DNA of 32,000 nt from assembly GCF_001272835.1 (NCBI RefSeq), contig NZ_CP010546.1, positions 120,001-152,000 on the forward strand. Direction: 5' to 3'. Shown one piece after another: positions 13,630 through 21,905 of this stretch. Position 1 is the first letter of the stretch. Each line of letters begins with the position of its first letter. The notes under the pieces were generated by a model. That model saw only the letters and a list, made by a program, of their open reading frames with translations, was not told where the DNA came from and made no database searches. This stretch comes from Mycoplasmoides pneumoniae FH (GTDB taxonomy: Bacteria; Bacillota_I; Bacilli_A; Mycoplasmatales; Mycoplasmoidaceae). The position numbers and the translations under genes were made by a program.

Positions 13630-13735
13630 AGGCAAAACTATGAATTTACTAAATTTATTTAAATCAGCGGGAGCAGGCTCGTTTTTTCAACACAAGTCAC
13701 TCTACCTGCTCCCACTAAATAAATTGAGACAGATT
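13544..13735 (+). repeat. Small dispersed repeat, copy B
   Basis: Near-identical to 15393-15585 by eye: aaaaaagccatc...ctccaaaatatttttgac.attggaaaactaacaaaagctgttagtttgatgtagaggcaaaactatgaatttactaaatttatttaaatcagcgggagcaggctcg... Confidence 0.9.
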
Positions 13736-13858
13736 TTCAAAGTAGCCAAAGAGTTTGAATATTTTTGCAATTTGGGTTTACAACTCCATCTAACTATTAG
13801 TAGGGTTTTCACTTTTGAAAATTTTTTTGGATTAATTTTGGCACCCCGCCTTTTTTAA
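13640..13858 (+). CDS. Small hypothetical ORF beginning inside repeat copy B
   Basis: MNLLNLFKSAGAGSFFQHKSLYLLPLNKLRQ...; the N-terminus is shared with copy C (39-aa ORF at 15493-15612). Confidence 0.35.
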   Translation: MNLLNLFKSAGAGSFFQHKSLYLLPLNKLRQIFKVAKEFEYFCNLGLQLHLTISRVFTFENFFGLILAPRLF

Positions 13859-14095
13859 AGGCATTTAAGAGATATAAAAGAACAACTCATGTTTCTAGAT
13901 ACTTTCAAAAGATTTTTCGGGTAACTTAGATCACCTTTAATGTTGTTGTGGTTGGAGTTGATTTGGTTTAAATGGCAAAGGTTATGGTAAAGGTTTTTGG
14001 CACCTTTCTTTTACTTGTGCAATTCATTTATTAGAAGGGCAACAAATGGTCTTTTTGAACTAATCAGTTGTTGCCTAGCTTTATTTATTTAAAAA

Positions 14096-14671
14096 ATGAT
14101 GAGTAAAAATAAATTCTTTACCATTACTAAAGAACAGTACAGGAAGTTTACACGCAATAAAATTGAACTTCTTTTTAAGGTCCAATGTACCGAAAAGAAA
14201 AAGGGTAAACGTAGGTTCAAAATATTTCAGCAAGTCGAGGATAAACCAAAACCACCAGTTAAAATAATTGAAAAGGAATCTAAGGGACCGGAAGAACCAA
14301 AGGATCCTGGTATTAAAAATGGACCTAAGGGTCCCGGTGGACCAAAAGGACCTAAAAAGCCACCTGTTCCCGATGATCCTGATACACCAGATGTTCCTAA
14401 AGGCCCCAAAGAACCAGGCGGTTCAAAAGGTCCAGGTGGTCCCGATGATCCTAATGGAGGAAAGAAGAAAGTGCCTAAACCAGATAAGTATGTAACCCAT
14501 CGCGAGCTTGATGAGAAACTTACTGAGTTTCATGACAAGCTTATGGTAGAACTTGATGGTAAGTTTGCTACTAAAGCTGATTTAAAACGGGTTGAAGATA
14601 AAGTTGATGTTTTGTTTGAATTGCAAAAAACGCAAGATGAACAAATCAAGGTTCAAGGAAAACAAATCTAA
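14096..14671 (+). CDS. DUF16-family protein with Gly-Pro-Lys-rich low-complexity segment, apparently truncated
   Basis: [18 protein letters not shown]...[47 protein letters not shown]...[22 protein letters not shown]...VQGKQI*; ends TAA 14669-14671. Confidence 0.8.
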   Translation: MMSKNKFFTITKEQYRKFTRNKIELLFKVQCTEKKKGKRRFKIFQQVEDKPKPPVKIIEKESKGPEEPKDPGIKNGPKGPGGPKGPKKPPVPDDPDTPDVPKGPKEPGGSKGPGGPDDPNGGKKKVPKPDKYVTHRELDEKLTEFHDKLMVELDGKFATKADLKRVEDKVDVLFELQKTQDEQIKVQGKQI

Positions 14672-14857
14672 CAGTTAACTGAAACTGTTCAAAAACAGGG
14701 CGAACAAATAAAGGAACTTCAAGTTCAGGTAAAAGCCCAAGGTGAAGAAATAAAAGAAATTAAAGTTGAACAAAAAGCTCAAGGCCAAACCTTGCAGTTA
14801 ATTCTGAAAGCACTTGAAGGAATAAACAAGCGACTAGATAATTTGGAATCGAAATAA
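14672..14857 (+). pseudogene. In-frame C-terminal coiled-coil remainder of the DUF16 gene
   Basis: [61 protein letters not shown], same frame, directly after TAA 14669-14671. Confidence 0.75.
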
Positions 14858-14871
14858 TCCCATTCCAAAAT

Positions 14872-14918
14872 AAAAATACCAACAGTCAATCCTTAAAAAG
14901 TTCACTGTTGGTATTTTT
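14872..14918. terminator. Bidirectional-type terminator hairpin
   Basis: Perfect 15-bp inverted repeat aaaaataccaacagt ... actgttggtattttt. Confidence 0.8.
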
Positions 14919-15053
14919 ATTCACTCAAAAAATTCTTAAAATTTTTTTGTAATTTGTCGTCACTTCGAAATAACTGAATCAATTTATTTAGTGGAGGAGT
15001 AATTATGAGTAACTTTGAATTTTGATTAATCCTTCAGAAAGGAGGATTTGATT

Positions 15054-15320
15054 ATGAAAGATGAAACAAATATTTGTTCTCAATCTTTAAAAAGACCTTT
15101 AAGCGAAGACCAATTGATAGAGTATTTGAGTACTTATGAAATAACTTTATTTGAGGTTTATGCTGAGGATATGCTAGATGGCAATTGCAAAATTTATATA
15201 CATGCTAAAGGACGTCCAAAAGACCCAGATTGAAAAAGAAAGACTGATAAAAAATCTTTAGAAATTGAACGATATGTAAAGAAATTTATTAAGTTTTTAA
15301 AGAGAGAACAGAAAAAATAA
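15054..15320 (+). CDS. Small conserved-type hypothetical protein, 88 aa
   Basis: aaaggagg Shine-Dalgarno, ATG 15054, MKDETNICSQSLKRPLSEDQLIEYLSTYEITLFEVYAEDMLDGNCKIYIHAKGRPKDPDWKRKTDKKSLEIERYVKKFIKFLKREQKK*, read through TGA 15231-15233. Confidence 0.7.
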
Positions 15321-15324
15321 AAAC

Positions 15325-15370
15325 AAAATACCAACAGTTAATTCTTAAAAAACGCGCTGTTGGTATTTTT
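15325..15370 (+). terminator. Terminator hairpin
   Basis: 13-bp inverted repeat aaaataccaacag / ctgttggtatttt plus T run. Confidence 0.75.
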
Positions 15371-15392
15371 ATTCAACGCAAATAAAGGAATA

Positions 15393-15585
15393 AAAAAGCC
15401 ATCTACCCAGAGGTGAAAGGCAGACAGCTCCAAAATATTTTTGACGATTGGAAAACTAACAAAAGCTGTTAGTTTGATGTAGAGGCAAAACTATGAATTT
15501 ACTAAATTTATTTAAATCAGCGGGAGCAGGCTCGTTTTTTCAACACAAGTCACTCTGCCTGCTCCCACTAAATAAATTGACAGGG
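15393..15585 (+). repeat. Small dispersed repeat, copy C
   Basis: Near-identical to 13544-13735; contains hairpin 15454-15476 and the gggagcaggc/gcctgctccc inverted repeat at 15522-15531/15557-15566. Confidence 0.9.
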
Positions 15586-15690
15586 TTTTATAAAAAAGCC
15601 AAAAGCTTTTAAAGTAACTATTTATTTGCAAATTAGTGCAAATATTCGTGTGCTATTTAAATTAACTATAGCACAATTAATAACAGTTGC

Positions 15691-16716
15691 ATGATTGATC
15701 AAAGTAAGTTAATTGAAAGGTGAAAAACTACCTTTGAAACAGCACAAAATCCTACTGAATTATTAGCTTTTAAAAACAGCTTCCGCAATGCTGATTTAAA
15801 GCCTTTACTTAGTCAAATTAAGGAAACCACGGACATCGAAACTAAGCGCCATTTAGGCCAACTTTACAAGCAATTGGAAAGCACCTTGCAAACACTCCAT
15901 GATACACAGCTACAAGTCTTTACCCAAGCCCAGTCTAGCAGTGTATTAACTCATGGTGATGTGATGTTGCTAGCAACCTCTTTTGCCCCTGGTTCTAGCA
16001 ACATTATTTACCAGGTAATTGATGAGTTAGTGAACTATTTTAAGAAGTTCTTGTTTACGGTTAACTATGACAGTGAATTGACTACTATTGCAGACTGTTT
16101 TGACCTGCTAAACATTCCCAAAGACCATCCTAGTCGTAACCTTACTGACACCTTTTACTTAGACAAAAACCGCTTACTGAGAACACATTGTACTGCTGCT
16201 ACTTTACGTGCTGTTAAGGAAACGAAAAAGAGTAATAACCCCGATATTCGGATTGCTTCCTTTGGTGCTGTTTTTCGTAAAGATGATGACGATGCCACCC
16301 ACTCACACCAGTTCAACCAACTGGACTTCATGTGGATTAAAAAGGATTTTTCTTTAACTAACCTCAAGTGGTTTATGCAGAATATGATTAACCACATCTT
16401 TGGCGAAAATACTTCAGCGCGTTTTCGTCTGTCCCACTTCCCTTTTACCGAACCTTCCTTTGAAATTGACATCCGTTGCTGGTTGTGTCAGAATGGTTGT
16501 GGTGTATGTAAGAAAACACGTTGGATTGAGGTATTAGGGGCGGGTATCCTCCACCCTCAAGTGATGGCTAACATGGGCTTTAGTGACACGGATAATATAA
16601 GGGGTATAGCAGCTGGCATTGGGATTGAGCGGTTGGTAATGTTGAAACACGGCATTAGTGACATCCGTGACCTTTACGACAATAACTTCAAATTTTTAGC
16701 CCAGTTTACTGATTAG
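15691..16716 (+). CDS. pheS: Phenylalanyl-tRNA synthetase alpha subunit, 341 aa
   Basis: MIDQSKLIERWKTTFETAQNP...SRNLTDTFYLDKNRLLRTHCTAATLRAVKE...GLGIERLVMLKHGISDIRDLY; class II aaRS motifs; TGA=Trp at 15721. Confidence 0.97.
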
Positions 16717-16718
16717 CG

Positions 16719-19136
16719 ATGTTAATTTCTAAAAAAACTTTAGCTGTTTTAATTCCCGAAATTACCCACGTTTCCAACAATGAAATTTGTGAAAAGTTAC
16801 AGCAAATCGGGATTGAAGTGGAAGCAATTCGCGCCTTTAAAAACCCTGATTACTTACAGTTGGGTATTCTCCGCGCTGTTACCCCCCACCCCCATGACAA
16901 CCACTTGTATGTGTGTCAAGTTCAAATAGACAAAAACAAACAGCTCAATGTGGTGACTGGGGCAGTTAACATAGTTGATCCCAATAATCTCAATAAACAC
17001 GTGATTGTCGCCAAAAAAGGGGCAGAACTGCTCAATGGTTTAATCATTAAAACGAAGAACATTAAGGGAATTATCTCGGACGGGATGTTGTGTAGTTATG
17101 TTGATATTAATCCGTTTAGTAAGCATTTAATTGCTGACGGTGATGACACGCATGCGATTGTGCTAGACAACATTAACCGCGATGAATTTGGTGATTATTT
17201 AAGTTTTTTAAACCTCGATGACGTGGTGTTTGAGGTTACTTTACCTACCAACCGTTCTGATTTACAGAGCTTAATCTTCCTCGCTAAGGAACTAGCAGCA
17301 GTGTTGAAACGTCCGATCTTCTTGGAACAGAAAACCACCATGACCCTGCGCGAGTTCTACCGCTTTCCGCTTAACTTAAGAAACCGTGCTCAGGCCAATT
17401 TCTTTGGTGGACTTTTTTTGCGTGATGTAGCAATTACCAGTTCCCCTTGAACTACTAAGGGTTTGTTAATTAACCAGGAGTTACGTCCAGTCAACTGCTT
17501 TGTGGACCAGGCTAATATGGTAACTGTTTACACTGGTCAACCAATCCACTGCCATGATGCTGACAAGATCCATGGAAGTGTGGAACTTAAACTAGCCACC
17601 CAATTGGAAACGATGTTGGCCTTAGACAACAAGGAGTATGAGATTAAACCGGGTGATCTAGTGGTAGCTGATGAACAGGGCACAATTGCCATAGTCGGTA
17701 TTATTGGTAGTAAGCGCACTATGGTCGACAATACGACCAACAACATCTTTTTTGAAGTTGTTAACTATAACCATGAGCGAATTAAGCAAACCGCTCAGCG
17801 TTTAGGAGTTGCTAACTTTGCTAGTAGGTTAATGAGTAAACCAATTAGTTTACAAGCTACCGAAAACTGCTTGAACTATTTGCAAAATAACTTCCTCAAT
17901 CCCGAAAGCATTGGCAAGATTAGTAAGTTTTCCAGCACCATTAAAGCCCCAGCTTTTAACCGCAAAATTTACCTCAACTTTAATCAGTTACGGGAGTTAA
18001 TTGGAGTGACTAAAAAGCAGTTAAATGACTACATGATCCGTAACTACCTTACTAGTTTAGGGTTCAAAATGGAAAACCAAATTGCCCGCGCCCCCGCTTA
18101 CCGGCAAGACATTACGGTTTGACAAGACATTAGTGAAGAGTTGTTAAAGATCTTGGACCTCAACAAGATTAAAGAGGATGAAATTTTAAGCACCACTAAA
18201 CTAGAGAAACACGAAAAACTCAATGCTTACGATGCGTTGCAAAAGCTACGCACTAAACTGCAAACCTTGGGCTTTCACAATGTGATTACTTACCAGTTAA
18301 TTTCACCAGAACGAGCGCGTAACTTTAACCTGTTTGGGTTGAGTAATTTGTGGGAAATTAAAAACCCGCTTTCCAACGAACGGAGTGTTTTACGGGTTGG
18401 TTTAATTGACTCCTTGTTGCGAGTAATCCAAAAGAATGCCGCATACAAAAATAAGTTAGGCAACATCTTTGAGTTTTCTTTTGTCAAAACTAAGGACAGT
18501 AACCAACTCCACATTGCTGCTCTTTGATTGGAAAAAATGTTTGGTTCTACCTACCAAAAGGATCAAGGCGTTAGTGTCGATATTCCCGCCATGAAGGGCT
18601 TAGCGCAGTTAATTATTTCCAACTTTGGTTTTAACTGCGACTTTGAACCAATTACTGAAGGTGAGTACTTCACTAAGAACGTCGGTTTAAAACTAGTGGT
18701 GTTTAACGAACAGATTGGTTATGTTGGTTTAATTAAGGATGAGCTGTTGGCGCCTTATGATTTAAAGGGTAGACCGGTGTATGGTTTGGAAATTAACCTA
18801 GACCGCTTGTTGAACTCCTTAAACCGGTTGGAGCGCAGTTATACCCCGATTAGCAAACTACAAGATGTCTTTAAGGATATTACCTTTAGCTTCCCCCGTG
18901 ATGAAAGTCACTTTGAAACGTTTGTGAAAGCGATTAAAAAACTACAAACGATTTTTAAATGGGAATTGATCTCGGTGTTTGACACCGAAAAGGATGGTGT
19001 ACCAATCACCAAATATACAGTGCGCTATTACTTAAAGAATTTCACTAATACACCATTAACGTTAGAACAAATTAAAGCAGTGGAAACGCAGTTAAAACAA
19101 CAGTGTGAACTAGCTAAAATAGCACTCGATCTTTAG
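16719..19136 (+). CDS. pheT: Phenylalanyl-tRNA synthetase beta subunit, 805 aa
   Basis: Single code-4 frame joining ORF-track pieces 16719-17450, 17463-18122, 18141-18527 and 18528-19136; VTGAVNIV..., AIVGIIGSKRTMVDN, ISKLQDVFKDITFSFPRD. Confidence 0.97.
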
Positions 19137-19248
19137 AAAACGTACTTTTTAAAAGATTTCGTTAGGTCTGTTCGGTTTTCGGTGTCTTCTTTTATTAAAC
19201 TGATTCGGTTTCTATTTTTAAAGTAATAGAAATAAAGCTAGCCAAACA

Positions 19249-19557
19249 ATGACAAACCAAAACCTACAAGACTTTCTGGACGGAGTTTTGTTAAAAGAGG
19301 AAAATTTAAACAAAATTACTGAAGTTTCCCTAGAAAAGGGATTACCGCACCTTTTAGATGAGGGTATCCATAACGAAGATAACTTTCAGATCTTTACGAG
19401 CCAAAAGATTGTGGCAGACATGATCAAAATGGTCGGTGTAAAGGAAATGAAAAATGTCCACACTACTGTTTTAGAACCAACTAGTGGTGATGGTGCTTTT
19501 ACTTGTGCTATTTTGGATTTACGTTTAAAAAACATTAAAAAATCAGACAGCTTTTAA
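19249..19557 (+). CDS. N6-adenine DNA methyltransferase-like fragment (motif X/I part), frameshifted
   Basis: [15 protein letters not shown]...[17 protein letters not shown] resembles the SAM-binding motif; terminates TAA 19555-19557. Confidence 0.7.
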
Positions 19558-20003
19558 AAGAAGCTTTAACCGGTCTATCCACCATTTATTCAGTTGAAAT
19601 TGACGAAGAGTTGGTTTGGTTACAACGCAATAACCTTTACTCTATCTTTTTAGCCTTCTTAAAAAAGCACGGTATTTTTAACGAAGAGTTAAGTCTCTTA
19701 GTGAAAAAAATCTTGATGATTAATGTGAGTTGGGGCGAGTTAATCACAGAAACCAAAGATAACGAGAACTTCGTTTGTAACTACGATTATTTTTTAAGGA
19801 ATAAAAAGACAAAGAAAAAACCCGCAAAGCATAAACATGAATTTCCAGAGGGTTTATTTTCCAATGGAGAAGGTAAGTGCAAAAGTTTGTTTGTTAATTG
19901 GTCATTTGCTGATGTCATTAATGAAATTGCTCATAATTCCAATTTTGACTTTGCCAAAATAGCAAAGATACCTGGTGAAATAATTCAATTTCAAATTAAT
20001 TAG
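19557..20003 (+). pseudogene. Frameshifted continuation of the same methyltransferase-like gene
   Basis: Frame 0: [39 protein letters not shown]... follows motif I in the expected order; ends TAG 20001-20003. Confidence 0.65.
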
Positions 20004-20004
20004 T

Positions 20005-21219
20005 ATGAGTCAAAATGGCGATAAAGACCACGAATTGATTCAGGGAAAGGTCAAAAGCAAAACTGAAATAGAAGATTCCGTTATATTGGATCAAGACACT
20101 TTGCAAGGCAAGGGTGAAGAAAAAACTAAATTAGATGAGTTGATTAGGTGAGAAGCCGAGAAAAACGACTTGCTCAAGTTAATTGATAACGTCGGTAATG
20201 ATGAAGTTTTTACTACTGTAGAAACTTGTCAAAGAATGCTTGACGATCTCTTTCCTCAAGACCATGAAGTTTGATCGAATCCGGACTTAAAGTGATTAAA
20301 TCCTTGTGATAAAAATGGTGTTTTCTTTCGTGAAATTGCGTTAAGGCTAGACAAAGGCTTGGCCAAAGTTATACCGGATGAATATGAACGCAAGAAACAC
20401 ATCATGACCAAGATGCTTTTTAGTATTGACTTAACTAAATTTACTAGCTTGATGGTTCGTCGTACGCTTTACTATTGCATTAAAGCTAACAAGCGTAAAA
20501 CTAGTGAAGATGAGGGCTGTGCAATTGCAAATGGCGCATGATTTAATAACGAATGCGGTAATGTTGTTAAACCTTACAAGGAACATTATTTCGACAAACA
20601 AGGAAAAAATAAAAAATGTAAGTTTTGTAGAACAGATGAGAAATTTAAATACCAACAATCTTCTTCAAATGAAAAATACGCCTATGACTTCATTCATTTA
20701 AATCCAAACGAATATGAAAGCTACTTTAAAACTAATTTTGGTGTTATGAAATTTGATGTAATTATTGGTAATCCACCTTATCAGTTAGCAAATAATCGTG
20801 GTGGTGATGCTGGTGATGGTAATGGAGCAAACCCCATTTTTCAAGAATTTATCTTAAGAGCACTTGAATTACAACCAAAATATTTAGCAATGATTGTTCC
20901 TGCAAGATGAATTAATTCCTCTGAAAAAGTTTTTCTAAAGTTCAGAGCAAAATTACAAAAATCAAATGGTTTTAAAGGAATTAATATTTTCTTTGACTCT
21001 AAACATTGCTTTCCAAACAGACAAATAAAAGGTGGTGTTTGTTACTTTAATTGACAGAATGGCTATGAGGGTCAAACACTCATAACCACTAAATCTTCAA
21101 AAAAAGGCAAACAAGAAGAAATTGAAACTTATAAGAGGGACTTTTTTGCACCTGTTTTAAACAATACTGAGCAAGTTATTTTCCGCAAAAAATTTAACAC
21201 GACATTTATAAAAAGGTAG
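20005..21219 (+). CDS. Type II N6-adenine DNA methyltransferase, paralogue A, 404 aa
   Basis: Code-4 [22 protein letters not shown]...[22 protein letters not shown] (motif I-like)...[23 protein letters not shown] (motif IV NPPY)... Confidence 0.85.
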
Positions 21220-21254
21220 ATTCTTTTCACGCTAATGAATTAATCCATGCTCTC

Positions 21255-21268
21255 AGAGAGAGAGAGAG
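21255..21268. repeat. Dinucleotide microsatellite (AG)7
   Basis: Direct read. Confidence 0.97.
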
Positions 21269-21299
21269 CAACTTAGAAGATCAGCCTTCTAATGGAATA

Positions 21300-21329
21300 A
21301 CACACACACAGAGAGAGAGAGAGAGAGAG
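21300..21329. repeat. Compound microsatellite (AC)5(AG)10
   Basis: Direct read: acacacacac agagagagagagagagagag. Confidence 0.97.
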
Positions 21330-21888
21330 CAATTTAGAAACTAATTTCGAAAGTTTCTCTAAACGTGTATCTGGCAAGGATCTGTTTAATTTAGCAACTA
21401 ATTTTTTTGATAAGTTTCCCTTAGTTGTAAAAGACAAAAAATTTCCTGGTGCAATTTCCATTTATAGCAGTTCGGGCGTAAAATACGCCGAACTGAAAGA
21501 GATCCCTAATATAAAGAATAAGGAACAAATTTCCAAATACAAGATCATTATGCCCAGAATAACTGGTAGCGGTGTGTTTGGTGATTACAGACCCAATATA
21601 AAAATTGTTGAACCTACTGGAGTTTGCACTCATAGTTATGTAGTTGCTTATTTAACGACAAATAAGTTTGAAGTTGAAAATGTCTTTTTATACATGAAAA
21701 CTAAATTTTTTAGATTTTTTGTCGAGATTTTTAAAGCAACCATCAATATCAGTTCACATAACTTCAAATACGTTCCCATTCAAGATTTTTCCCGTCCTTG
21801 AAATGACAGGGAGCTTTATCAAAAATACAACTTAACTCAAGAAGAATGACAATACATCGAGAACAATATTAGTTCTTATGAAAATTAG
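21301..21888 (+). pseudogene. C-terminal (target-recognition-like) region of methyltransferase paralogue A, in a different frame
   Basis: Frame 1: ...RESNLETNFESFSKRVSGKDLFNLATNFFDKFPLVVKDKKFPGAISIYSSSGVKYAELKEIPNIKNKEQISKYKIIMPRITGSG...IPIQDFSRPWNDRELYQKYNLTQEEWQYIENNISSYEN*-type sequence; parallels 26209-26811. Confidence 0.75.
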
Positions 21889-21905
21889 CTTTAAAATTAA
21901 GGAAC

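Noticed and set aside
14227-14409. Minus-strand Gly/Ser/Pro-rich [23 protein letters not shown]...
   Set aside because: Reverse complement of the Gly-Pro-Lys repeat segment of the DUF16 gene; no independent support.
19209-19232. Short inverted repeat TTTCTAT...ATAGAAA upstream of the methyltransferase-like fragment
   Set aside because: Only 7 bp in very AT-rich sequence, expected by chance; no second line of support.
20431-20658. Minus-strand ORFs at 20431-20658, 25412-25678 and 25813-26010
   Set aside because: Antisense to conserved methyltransferase coding; parallel copies exist only because the gene is duplicated.
21250-21330. CRISPR or telomere-like interpretation of the dinucleotide tracts
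   Set aside because: Simple (AG)/(AC) microsatellites without spacer structure; better explained as slippage-prone tracts.
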